From the NCBI GenBank assembly GCA_902555725.1, contig CACDTN010000002.1, positions 67,857 to 131,856 on the forward strand: a stretch of 64,000 nucleotides of DNA, written 5' to 3'. Positions 19,299-28,564 of the stretch are shown here, one piece after another. Position numbers and translations under genes: made by a program. Within the stretch, counting starts at the first letter, position 1. Every line of letters begins with the position of its first letter. The notes under the pieces are model-generated. The model saw only the letters and a program-made list of their open reading frames with translations, had not been told where the DNA came from and ran no database searches. Source of the stretch: an uncultured Pelagibacteraceae bacterium. GTDB taxonomy: Bacteria > Pseudomonadota > Alphaproteobacteria > Pelagibacterales > Pelagibacteraceae.

Positions 19299-19954
19299 AT
19301 TCTGCTTCCAAATATGTTGGATCCAATTCTTAAATGAGTAGCATTATTTTTTGCTGCTTCTAGATAATCTGAAGACATACCCATACTTAAATAATCTAAA
19401 TTTAAATTTTTATTTAAATCAGACATTTCTTCAAAATATTTTGTAGATGGTTCTCCTTCTGGCGGTATACACATTAATCCTACAACGTCTAATTCTAGAT
19501 TTTTACAGAAAGAATATAAATCTCCAAGATATGTTTTGTCTACACCAAACTTTTGTGTTTCGTTTCCTATATTGACTTGTAAAAATATCTTAACCTTTTT
19601 ATTCTGTTTTTTTTGTTCATCAAAAATCTTTCTTGCCAACTTTTCACTATCAACAGAATGTATATAATCAAATAATTTAATCGCAAATTTTACCTTATTA
19701 GTTTGTAGCCCACCAATTAAATGAAGTTTAATATTTTGATTTTTTAATTTGATGTCACTCCATTTGTTTAAAGCCTCTTGGACTTTATTTTCACCAAAAT
19801 CTTTGTGCCCATGTTCAATTAAAGGTATTATTTTATCCATACCAAAAGTCTTTGATACAGCAATAATTTTTGGTAACTTGTTTGGAGTTGAATTAATTAA
19901 ATTAGAATTAATTAATTCTTGAATATTAATTAAATTTTTTACTGTAAAATGCAT
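19295..19954 (-). CDS. yggS: YggS-family pyridoxal-phosphate homeostasis protein
   Basis: 219 aa with the motifs IIAVSKTF (PLP-binding Lys), HKDFGENKVQEALNKW, HLIGGLQTNKV and LSMGMSSDY. Confidence 0.9.
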   Translation of the reverse strand: MHFTVKNLINIQELINSNLINSTPNKLPKIIAVSKTFGMDKIIPLIEHGHKDFGENKVQEALNKWSDIKLKNQNIKLHLIGGLQTNKVKFAIKLFDYIHSVDSEKLARKIFDEQKKQNKKVKIFLQVNIGNETQKFGVDKTYLGDLYSFCKNLELDVVGLMCIPPEGEPSTKYFEEMSDLNKNLNLDYLSMGMSSDYLEAAKNNATHLRIGSNIFGSRI

Positions 19955-20479
19955 TATTACTTACCAAAAAAATATTACTTTATAAACAAGCTTGACACAA
20001 ATACTATTATAAAATGTGATGCAAACACCGCAATAATTTACAGAAATTATAATTCAGAAATAATAGATATATTAAAAATTTTAAATCTAAAAAATTATTT
20101 AAAAAAAAGAAAAAATAAATTTTTATTATCTAATAATGTCAAATTAGCTTTAAAACTTGGCTTAGATGGAGCTTATATACCTTCATTTAATAAAGATTTT
20201 AAGCATTTATCTTATTCGATAAATTCAAAATTTTTAATAGTTGGATCAGCTCACAATTTAAAAGAAATTAGAATTAAAGAATTGCAAAAAGTAAAGGCTA
20301 TTTTTTTATCCTCTCTTTTTAAACAAAATAAAAATTTTCTTGGGTTGAATAAATTTAGAAATATTTCAAATTATACAGAAAGTAAAATAATTGCTTTAGG
20401 TGGAATATCAAAAAGAAATATTAAAAAATTAGATTTGCTTAATGTTTGTGGATTTGCAGGAATTTCATATTTTGAATAA
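19949..20479 (+). CDS. Thiamine-phosphate synthase family protein (ThiE/TenI-like), short
   Basis: 176 aa. The pattern YFINK...LLSNNVKLALKLGLDGAYIP...VGSAHNLKEI...IIALGGIS resembles the TMP-synthase TIM-barrel family. The assignment comes from motif resemblance only. Confidence 0.45.
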   Translation: MHYYLPKKYYFINKLDTNTIIKCDANTAIIYRNYNSEIIDILKILNLKNYLKKRKNKFLLSNNVKLALKLGLDGAYIPSFNKDFKHLSYSINSKFLIVGSAHNLKEIRIKELQKVKAIFLSSLFKQNKNFLGLNKFRNISNYTESKIIALGGISKRNIKKLDLLNVCGFAGISYFE

Positions 20480-20480
20480 A

Positions 20481-20510
20481 AAAAAAGGCCCCTAAAAAGG
20501 GGCCCTTTTA
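20481..20510. terminator. Bidirectional intrinsic terminator between the thiE-like gene and the porin gene
   Basis: The sequence AAAAAAGGCCCCTAAAAAGGGGCCCTTTT contains a GC stem (GGCCCC 20487..20492 pairing with GGGGCC 20499..20504). An A-run and a T-run flank it, so it can act on both convergent transcripts. Confidence 0.8.
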
Positions 20511-20532
20511 AATATTTGTTTTCTAAACTAAA

Positions 20533-21489
20533 TTAGAATGCAAATGATAAAGTAAACTCATAACCTTCGTGGTCTCTAGACGCAGTACCAGCTATGTTTT
20601 TCACTTCATTAGAAGCACCCGCAAGTGTCATTCCACCCATTGTGTATGAAGCTGAAATACCAGTAGACTTTTGATCTTCGTCAGTAGACAATTCAGTTTC
20701 TAACTCGTGGTAACTGTAACCAATTGATAAGTCATCATTTACAGCATAAGTAACACCGTAAGCTATTGACTCTTGGTCAGAGTTTGCAGTTGTATGGTCT
20801 AAGTCAGATGATTGTAAACCAACTGTGAATCCACCTGTAGCATACGTTGCATACATAGTGCTTTCATCAGAATCAACATTTGCTCCAATTGTATTGTTAG
20901 ACATTGCTAAACCAAGCGATAAACCTTCAATACTTTCTGGACTCATAGAAAGAGCAAAGTCAGTCATAGACTCAGCTGCAGCAGAAACGTGATTTCTGTA
21001 AGCAACTGTTAAAACAGCTCCACCCATATTTGGTGAATTGTAGATCCACATACCATCTCCACCACCAGAACCATTAATTACAGTTGGACTTCCAGTAGCA
21101 CTTGTTCCATCAGTATCTATGATGTCCCAAGCTTCTTCATAAGCATTTGGCGTTTTGTCGTCAACAGCACCCATTGCTGATGAACCACCATGTCCATCGA
21201 AAGTTATTGATCCGAAGTCACCTGATAGTTTGATGTTGTGATCATCAAGTGCACCACCATCAATTTCGTAGTAAACAGCAACACCTATACCACCGTCTGT
21301 ATCACCACTAGCATTGAACTTAAGTGAGTCACCCATGTAAAAGCCATTTCCTCTGTTACTTTTTCCTCTGTTAGTGTCATCAAATGAGATTGACCCTGCA
21401 CCTGATACTGACATATCAGCTGCATTAACAGAAAAAGTAGCCAAAGAACCAGCTAATGCTGATAGGCCAATTTTTCTTAAATTGTTCAT
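20533..21489 (-). CDS. Outer-membrane porin (beta-barrel), probably highly expressed
   Basis: 318 aa with a signal peptide ending SVNA-AD, alternating beta-strand pattern and a Gly/Ser/Thr/Asp-rich, Lys/Arg-poor composition. The C-terminus YEFTLSFAF is an OMP signature with a terminal Phe. A strong SD (AAAGGAG) precedes it, and G+C is clearly higher than in neighbouring genes. Confidence 0.8.
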   Translation of the reverse strand: MNNLRKIGLSALAGSLATFSVNAADMSVSGAGSISFDDTNRGKSNRGNGFYMGDSLKFNASGDTDGGIGVAVYYEIDGGALDDHNIKLSGDFGSITFDGHGGSSAMGAVDDKTPNAYEEAWDIIDTDGTSATGSPTVINGSGGGDGMWIYNSPNMGGAVLTVAYRNHVSAAAESMTDFALSMSPESIEGLSLGLAMSNNTIGANVDSDESTMYATYATGGFTVGLQSSDLDHTTANSDQESIAYGVTYAVNDDLSIGYSYHELETELSTDEDQKSTGISASYTMGGMTLAGASNEVKNIAGTASRDHEGYEFTLSFAF

Positions 21490-21707
21490 ATTAATTACTC
21501 CTTTAGTTTTTTGTTATTATTAATAATAAACATGGGAAAATTAGCATTATTTTATAAAAATAAGTCTAAATAACACTTTTTTTACAAAATAAACGCTAAT
21601 TGTTGCATTTTTACAACACAATTTAAAGCTATTTTGTGCATTTGTGGGTTATCAATAATTATAAATTAAATGTATATTTATTCTAATTTCATTTTAAAAA
21701 CTCTCAT

Positions 21708-22277
21708 ATGTTTAAAATAAGTATAAATAAGAAACTAATTTCGTATTTAATTATATTTTTTACTCTAAGTTCTTGCGCTAAAGAGGGTTTTTTTAAAACA
21801 GGAGATGCAAGAAAAAATCCACCTGATCCAAAAGAAAGAGTTAAGAAAAACTTAGAAGAAGGAAGAGGTTTTAGATTAAGTAATTTAGGTAAACAAAAAG
21901 GAGGGAGTTTTGATTTTGCAAGCTCTAATGAGCTTTGGAGAGCATCTTTAGATATTTTAGATTTCATGCCTTTGACTTCAGCTAATTATAGTGGAGGTAT
22001 TATAATAACTGATTGGTATTCTGAAGAAGGTAATTCAAATGATTCTGTAAAAATTACTATTAGATTTTTAAGCAACGAGATAAGATCTGATGCTGTTGAT
22101 ATCGATGTGTTTTATAAGAACTGTGTTTCAATTAGTAACTGCTCAATAAGTAAAAAAGATGGGCCATTAAAAAAAGAATTAACTAAGAAAATTTTATCTA
22201 AAGCAGCTGTATACGAAGCACAAAATAAAAAAAAGAATTCGAAACCATACAATAACCAATCTTCTTCTGATAACTGA
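21708..22277 (+). CDS. DUF3576-family lipoprotein
   Basis: It has a lipobox FTLSSC and the conserved block ELWRASLDILDFMPLTSANYSGGIIITDWY. It sits immediately upstream of leuS, as in other alphaproteobacteria. Confidence 0.7.
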   Translation: MFKISINKKLISYLIIFFTLSSCAKEGFFKTGDARKNPPDPKERVKKNLEEGRGFRLSNLGKQKGGSFDFASSNELWRASLDILDFMPLTSANYSGGIIITDWYSEEGNSNDSVKITIRFLSNEIRSDAVDIDVFYKNCVSISNCSISKKDGPLKKELTKKILSKAAVYEAQNKKKNSKPYNNQSSSDN

Positions 22278-22307
22278 TAACGTTTATAACATCACTAAAA
22301 ATTAGTT

Positions 22308-24842
22308 ATGAGTAGATATAATTTTAAAACCATTGAAACAAAGTGGCAAAGTTTCTGGGAAAAAAATAAAAGTTTTCAAGTAAAAACAGATTTACAAAAG
22401 AAAAAATTTTACTGCTTAGAAATGTTTCCCTACCCGTCAGGAAAAATTCATATGGGACATGTTAGAAATTATACGATTGGAGATGTTTTAGCTAGATATA
22501 AAACCCTTCAAGGTTATAATGTTTTGCATCCAATGGGATGGGACTCTTTTGGTATGCCTGCTGAAAATGCTGCTAAACAAAATAATCTTGATCCTAAAAT
22601 TTGGACTGAAACCAATATCAAAAAAATGAAAGCTCAATTAAAGAAACTTGGCCTTTCTATTGACTGGGACAGAGAAATTTCAACTTGTAACGAAGATTAT
22701 TACAAACACCAACAAGGATTTTTTTTAGAATTGCTTGAAAAAAAATTGGTTTATAGAAAAGAAAATTATGTAAATTGGGATCCGGTTGATGAGACAGTTC
22801 TTGCAAATGAGCAAGTAATTGATGGAAAAGGTTGGCGCTCTGGAGCTAGTGTGGAAAGAAAAAAATTAAGCCAATGGTTTTTTAACATATCAAAATTTTC
22901 TCAAAACTTATTAGATGGACTAAATAGATTAAATTCTTGGCCTAATAAAGTAAAAATTATGCAAAAAAATTGGATTGGTAAATCATTTGGATGCGAAATT
23001 AATTTTAAAGTTGAGGGAGAATTACCAATTAACAATATTAAATGTTTTACAACAAGACCTGACACTCTTTTTGGTTTTTCTTTTTTAGCCTTATCAGTAG
23101 ATCACGAAGTTTCAAATTTTTACAAGGATGATCTTGATTTTATAAAGTTTAAAGAAGAATGTTCAAAAACTGGAACTACTGAAGAAGCAATCGCAGTAGG
23201 TGAAAAAATTGGCTTTAAAACAAACCTAATGGCGATAAATCCTTTAAATCCCAAAAATAAAGTGCCAATATTTTTTGCTAATTTTGTATTAATGGACTAT
23301 GGATTTGGAGCTGTTTTTGGTTGTCCCGCTCATGATCAGCGAGATTTCGACTTCGCAAAAAAATATAACCTTGATATAAAAACTGTTGTAAAACCTAATA
23401 ATGAAAAGGATAACTTCCAAGTTATAGACAAGGCTTATCCTGATCCTGGTATCATTATTAATTCAGATTTTTTGAATGGACTTATAGCACCAGAGAATTC
23501 AGTTATTGAAACAATTAAAATTTTAGAAGAGAAAAAATTAGGTAAGAAAAAAATCAATTTTAGATTAAAAGATTGGGGTGTTTCTAGGCAAAGATATTGG
23601 GGATGCCCAATACCGATAGCTTATGACAAAGAAGGTAAGGTTCATCCAATTCCTAAATCAATGTTGCCAATTAAACTTCCAGAAAATATTGATTTAAATG
23701 TCAAAGGTAATCCTTTAGATAGCCAAAAAGATTGGAAGGAAATAGAGATAAATGGAAAAAAACTTACTAGAGAAACTGACACGTTAGATACTTTTGTTTG
23801 TTCTTCTTGGTATTACTTAAGATTTTGTTCTCCTAAAGAAAAAGCACATGGTTTTAATAAAGAAGATATCAACTATTGGATGCCAGTTGATCAATACATA
23901 GGGGGAGTAGAACATGCAATTTTACATTTGCTGTATTCAAGATTTTTTATGCAAGCGCTATCTCATAATAATGATGATTTTGATATATTAGAACCATTTG
24001 AAGGTCTTTTCACTCAAGGTATGGTCTGTCATGAAACATACAAAGATTCAGAAAATAACTGGATAAGTCCTGATGAAATTGAAACTATAGATGGAAAAAA
24101 ATATTTAAAGAATGATAAATCTAAAATAATTAAAGTTGGTCCATCAGAATCAATGTCAAAATCCAAAAAAAATACAATCGACCCAGAAAATATTATTACT
24201 AACTATGGTGCTGACGCAGCAAGATTATTTATTTTATCGGATAGCCCACCAGAAAAAGATGTGCAGTGGTCAGAGGAGGGTATAATTTCTTCTTTTAAAT
24301 TCATTCAAAAACTATGGAATTTACACGAAAAAATTTTAGATGAAATAAATAAAAATCATAAAAAAAATAATAATAACGCGATCGAAAAATATGCTAATAA
24401 ATTTTTAAAAAATATAACACTAAATCTTGAGAATTTTAGTTACAATAAATTAATAGCAAATTTACATGAAATGTATTCTTTTATGTACAAGCAAGTTCAA
24501 GAACCTTACACAAAAGTCACTTTAATTGAAAATTATAAAAAAATTTTAATTGCAATGACACCTATTGTTCCTCATTTTTCTACTGAGTGCTTAAATGTTC
24601 TAGATATAAAAGATTTTAAATGGCCTAAATACGATGAATCAATCTTAAAAGAGAATATAATCAATATAGTTGTTCAAATTAATGGAAAAAAAAGAGGTTT
24701 AGTCAAGACTGAATTAAATATTACTGAAGAAAAATTATTTGAAATAATTAAGAATGATGAGACATTAACAAAATATTTAAATCAAAAAGAATTTAAAAAA
24801 AGAATTTATATCAAGAATAAATTAATGAATATAATTATATAA
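22308..24842 (+). CDS. leuS: Leucine--tRNA ligase
   Basis: 844 aa with [16 protein letters not shown] (HIGH region), KMSKSKKN and an editing-domain insertion. Confidence 0.98.
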   Translation: MSRYNFKTIETKWQSFWEKNKSFQVKTDLQKKKFYCLEMFPYPSGKIHMGHVRNYTIGDVLARYKTLQGYNVLHPMGWDSFGMPAENAAKQNNLDPKIWTETNIKKMKAQLKKLGLSIDWDREISTCNEDYYKHQQGFFLELLEKKLVYRKENYVNWDPVDETVLANEQVIDGKGWRSGASVERKKLSQWFFNISKFSQNLLDGLNRLNSWPNKVKIMQKNWIGKSFGCEINFKVEGELPINNIKCFTTRPDTLFGFSFLALSVDHEVSNFYKDDLDFIKFKEECSKTGTTEEAIAVGEKIGFKTNLMAINPLNPKNKVPIFFANFVLMDYGFGAVFGCPAHDQRDFDFAKKYNLDIKTVVKPNNEKDNFQVIDKAYPDPGIIINSDFLNGLIAPENSVIETIKILEEKKLGKKKINFRLKDWGVSRQRYWGCPIPIAYDKEGKVHPIPKSMLPIKLPENIDLNVKGNPLDSQKDWKEIEINGKKLTRETDTLDTFVCSSWYYLRFCSPKEKAHGFNKEDINYWMPVDQYIGGVEHAILHLLYSRFFMQALSHNNDDFDILEPFEGLFTQGMVCHETYKDSENNWISPDEIETIDGKKYLKNDKSKIIKVGPSESMSKSKKNTIDPENIITNYGADAARLFILSDSPPEKDVQWSEEGIISSFKFIQKLWNLHEKILDEINKNHKKNNNNAIEKYANKFLKNITLNLENFSYNKLIANLHEMYSFMYKQVQEPYTKVTLIENYKKILIAMTPIVPHFSTECLNVLDIKDFKWPKYDESILKENIINIVVQINGKKRGLVKTELNITEEKLFEIIKNDETLTKYLNQKEFKKRIYIKNKLMNIII

Positions 24843-24843
24843 A

Positions 24844-25302
24844 ATGTTTAAAAAAATTTTAACTCTTGTTTTTATATTTAATTTTTTATCAAGTTGTGAA
24901 TATAAACCAATATATTCTAGTTCTAATAAATCAAATTATCGGATTATTGTAACTGATCTTTCAGGTGATAAAAAATTAAACCAATATATTGTACAAAATC
25001 TAAAAAGAAATAGTCAAAAAAATTCTGTTGAGATAATTAATATTAAAATTAATAGTGAATATTCAAAAGAAATTCTGGCTAAAAATACTCTTGGTTCAAC
25101 AACTGATTATCAAGCTAAAGCGATTACTAAATTTGAAATCAATAAAAATGAAATTATAGAGAAGTTAGAAGTTAGTGAAAAATTTAACTATCAAAAAATT
25201 TCAGATAGTTATGAAGAGAAGTCTTATGAACAAACCATTAAAAAGAATCTAGCATCTTCTATAACTCAAAAATTAATCATGAGATTGTCAATTATAAAAT
25301 GA
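24844..25302 (+). CDS. lptE: LPS-assembly lipoprotein LptE (RlpB)
   Basis: 152 aa with a lipobox FLSSC followed by EYKPIY (compare CGFxPLY). The leuS-lptE-holA synteny is conserved. Confidence 0.65.
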   Translation: MFKKILTLVFIFNFLSSCEYKPIYSSSNKSNYRIIVTDLSGDKKLNQYIVQNLKRNSQKNSVEIINIKINSEYSKEILAKNTLGSTTDYQAKAITKFEINKNEIIEKLEVSEKFNYQKISDSYEEKSYEQTIKKNLASSITQKLIMRLSIIK

Positions 25303-26294
25303 TAGTTAAACCTTATGAGCTAGATAAGATAGAAGACGATTTTAAAATTTTCTTATTCTACGGTAAAAATGAGGGATTAAAAAAACTTTACATAAGTCAA
25401 TTATTGAAAAAAAATAAGAATAGCAATGTTTTTAAATATGACGAAAAGGAAATATTGGATAATGAGAATATATTTTTTGAAAATATTTTATCCAATTCAT
25501 TATTTGAGAATGCAAAAAACATAGTTATAAATCACGGTACAGATAAAATTTCTGAGCACATAATAGATTTAATGGCACGAAATATTAATGGTGTTACAGT
25601 TATAATCAATGCAAGTATATTAGAAAAAAAATCTAAGCTTAGAAAATTATTTGAAAAAGAAAAAAGTCTAGCGTGTATAGCTACTTACCCAGATACAAAT
25701 GAAATTCTTTCAAATTTAGCACTAGTTTTTTTTAAAAAAATAAAAATTTCAATATCGCAGCAGAATATAAACTTAATTGTTGATAAATGTGGTGGAGATA
25801 GACTTAATCTAGAAAATGAATTAGAAAAAATTAATATTTACTTAACAAAAAAGAAAAGTATTTCTAGTGAAGAGATTTCAAAGTTAATAAATTTAAGTGA
25901 AAATCATACTTTTTATGAACTTATAGACAATTGTTTAGCTAAGAATACAAATAAAACTATAAGTATCTTAAATGAAAATAACTTTTCGAATGAAGACTGT
26001 ATAATAATTTTAAGAACATTTTTATTGAAAGCAAAAAAAATTTTAAATCTATCTATAGAATATGAAAAAAATAAAGATATTAATCAAACAATTAACTCAG
26101 CAAAACCTCCTATTTTTTGGAAAGAAAAAGATATTGTCAAAACACAATTGAATAAATGGAAACCTGAAAAAATAAAGGAGCTCATCTATCTTATTAACGA
26201 TATAGAGCTACAAATTAAAAAAAATTATAATAATTCTATTTTATTGGTTACAGACTTTATTCTCAACCAAGGATACACGAAAATTAATAATTAG
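25299..26294 (+). CDS. holA: DNA polymerase III subunit delta
   Basis: 331 aa. Position after leuS-lptE and the N-terminal pattern (FLFYGKNEGL...) fit HolA. Sequence similarity is weak, as is usual for this family. Confidence 0.7.
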   Translation: MIVKPYELDKIEDDFKIFLFYGKNEGLKKLYISQLLKKNKNSNVFKYDEKEILDNENIFFENILSNSLFENAKNIVINHGTDKISEHIIDLMARNINGVTVIINASILEKKSKLRKLFEKEKSLACIATYPDTNEILSNLALVFFKKIKISISQQNINLIVDKCGGDRLNLENELEKINIYLTKKKSISSEEISKLINLSENHTFYELIDNCLAKNTNKTISILNENNFSNEDCIIILRTFLLKAKKILNLSIEYEKNKDINQTINSAKPPIFWKEKDIVKTQLNKWKPEKIKELIYLINDIELQIKKNYNNSILLVTDFILNQGYTKINN

Positions 26295-27126
26295 ATTTAA
26301 TTATATCGATTATTTTATTTAGTTGATCAATATCATGATAGGCAAATGTTATCGATCCTTTGTTATTTTTGCTATTCTTTATTGAAACATTTAAACCAAT
26401 TTTTTCTGAAATAGAATTTTCAAGGTCTTGAATATTTGGATCTAATGATTTTACTAATGAAGATTTTTTCTTTCTAAAAATTTTCACAAAGTTTTCAGAT
26501 TGTCTCACGGAAAGTTTTTTTTCAATAATTTTATTGGCTATAAAATAAGCATTATCTAATCCAACTAATACTTTAGCATGCCCTGCACTAATTTTTTTTT
26601 CTTCTATAAACATTAATACTTCATTTGGTAAGGTTAATAATCGAAGTGCGTTTGTTATGTAGCTTCTACTTTTTCCAATAAACTTTGATACTTTCTCTTG
26701 ATCATATGAAAATTCGTCTATTAATCTTTTATATCCCTTAGCTTCTTCAAGGGGATTTAAATCATGTCTTTGAACATTTTCAACTATTGCAAATTCTAAT
26801 GATTTCAAATCATCCGCTTCAGTTAGAACAACTGGAATATCATGGAGACCCGCTTTGCTTGCAGCTAGCCATCTTCTTTCACCAGCAATAATTTCATATT
26901 TTGAATTATCTGTATTCGATTTCCTTACAATAATTGGTTGGATTACACCTCTCTCTTTTATAGAATTTGTTAAGTCTTCTAGGTTTGCTGCATCAAAATT
27001 TTTTCTAGGTTGATATTTATTTGGAATTATTTCACTTAATAATAACTTATTTGTTTTTGTTTCTACTTTCGTTTCTCCAATTAATGATGATAGTCCTCTT
27101 CCTAGTCCTTTTTTAATTGTATTCAT
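26284..27126 (-). CDS. parB: Chromosome partitioning protein ParB
   Basis: 280 aa with KGLGRGLSSLIG, the ParB box IQPIIVRK...YEIIAGERRWLAS and an HTH segment. Confidence 0.97.
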   Translation of the reverse strand: MNTIKKGLGRGLSSLIGETKVETKTNKLLLSEIIPNKYQPRKNFDAANLEDLTNSIKERGVIQPIIVRKSNTDNSKYEIIAGERRWLAASKAGLHDIPVVLTEADDLKSLEFAIVENVQRHDLNPLEEAKGYKRLIDEFSYDQEKVSKFIGKSRSYITNALRLLTLPNEVLMFIEEKKISAGHAKVLVGLDNAYFIANKIIEKKLSVRQSENFVKIFRKKKSSLVKSLDPNIQDLENSISEKIGLNVSIKNSKNNKGSITFAYHDIDQLNKIIDIIKSNY

Positions 27127-27920
27127 TATGCAGCACTCCCTATTTTATTTTCCTGGTTAATGAATTCATCTGTGAAACTATAATACGATTTACTTCCAGG
27201 GCAACTTTTATCATAAATGAGAACTGGCATACCATGAGATGGGGCTTCGGATAACCTTACATTCCTAGGAATAACTGTTTGATAAACTTTGTCTTTAAAA
27301 TAATTTCTTGCTTCCTGTTCGACTTGGGACGAAAGCTTATTTCTTCTATCATACATTGTTAAAAGGATACCTTGAATTTCTAATTCTGGGTTTAGGTTAA
27401 CTTTTATACGTTCTATTGTTTTCATAAGCTGAGTTAACCCCTCTAAAGCAAAAAATTCAGTTTGGAGAGGTACCAATAAGGAGTTTGAAGATACTAAAGC
27501 CATTACTGTCAATAAACTTAAAGAAGGAGGACAGTCTATGATGATATAATCGTACAAAGCTCTAGAATCATTTAAATATGCGGTTAATTTACTCTTCAAA
27601 ATAAAGGCCCTATCATTATCACCAGCTGTTTCAACTTCTAATCCAGATAAATCTACATTAGAAGTAATCAAATCTAAATTTTGAAACTTAGTTTCCTTAA
27701 TCACATCAGAAATTGACATAGTTCCATTTAAAATTCCATAAATAGTTTGATTAGACTGCTCAATATTAGAAAGTCCTAACCCTGTAGTAGCATTTCCTTG
27801 TGGATCAAGATCAATTACTAAAATTTTTTTACCTTGTTGAGATAAAGCAGAGGCTAGGTTAATCACTGTTGTTGTTTTTCCAACCCCACCCTTTTGATTT
27901 ATTATTGAAATTATTTTCAT
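27126..27920 (-). CDS. parA: Chromosome partitioning ATPase ParA (Soj)
   Basis: 264 aa with the deviant Walker A motif NQKGGVGKTTT and the segment DCPPSL. Confidence 0.97.
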   Translation of the reverse strand: MKIISIINQKGGVGKTTTVINLASALSQQGKKILVIDLDPQGNATTGLGLSNIEQSNQTIYGILNGTMSISDVIKETKFQNLDLITSNVDLSGLEVETAGDNDRAFILKSKLTAYLNDSRALYDYIIIDCPPSLSLLTVMALVSSNSLLVPLQTEFFALEGLTQLMKTIERIKVNLNPELEIQGILLTMYDRRNKLSSQVEQEARNYFKDKVYQTVIPRNVRLSEAPSHGMPVLIYDKSCPGSKSYYSFTDEFINQENKIGSAA

Positions 27921-28564
27921 TAAATTTTTTTTCTAATCTTTTGTATATTTAATATAAATGACTCATCATTAGTTAAACTTTTTTTTACTTCGTAATCTAA
28001 ATCCCATTCTTTTAATGTTTCATTTAAAATTTTTTTTCCGCTACTACCCATAAAAAAAATTATATTTTTATATTTCTTAAAATTCTCTCTAACCAAATTG
28101 AGAATTACCGGCATAGGTTTAAAGGCTCTTGACATTATTGTTCCTGTTTCAATATTTTTAACTGTAAAAATATCTTTGTGAATTATCTCTGTGTTCAAAT
28201 TCAATTTTTTTGACACTTCTTTTAAAAAAACACATTTATTATGGCTTTTTTCATAAAGATTAATTTTCATTGTATTTTTAATTTTTTTCATTGCTATAGC
28301 TACTATTAATCCAGGCATGCCCCCTCCGGTACCTAAATCGCAGGTTGTATTACTATTTAAGTCAACAAAATCAATTATTTGCACAGAATCAATTATATGA
28401 CGCTCCCTAATAACCCATTTATCATCAGTTTTTTTACTGATTATATTTATTTCTTTGTTTTTTTCTTGGATCATTGAGATTAGCCATTCAAGATCATTAC
28501 AAGTTTCACGTGAAACATTAAGATTATGAATTTTAGAGTAAGAATTTAAAATTACATTATCCAT
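27920..28564 (-). CDS. rsmG: 16S rRNA (guanine527-N7)-methyltransferase RsmG (GidB)
   Basis: 214 aa with NVSRET near the N-terminus and the SAM motif DLGTGGGMPGL. It lies in the mnmG-rsmG-parA-parB array. Confidence 0.9.
   Translation of the reverse strand: MDNVILNSYSKIHNLNVSRETCNDLEWLISMIQEKNKEINIISKKTDDKWVIRERHIIDSVQIIDFVDLNSNTTCDLGTGGGMPGLIVAIAMKKIKNTMKINLYEKSHNKCVFLKEVSKKLNLNTEIIHKDIFTVKNIETGTIMSRAFKPMPVILNLVRENFKKYKNIIFFMGSSGKKILNETLKEWDLDYEVKKSLTNDESFILNIQKIRKKI
28502..28517. promoter_or_regulatory. parS: parS centromere-like site (15/16 match to TGTTTCACGTGAAACA) inside rsmG
   Basis: The minus strand reads TGTTTCACGTGAAACT and the 14-bp core GTTTCACGTGAAAC is perfectly palindromic. 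It lies 1.4-2.2 kb upstream of parA/parB. Confidence 0.7.
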
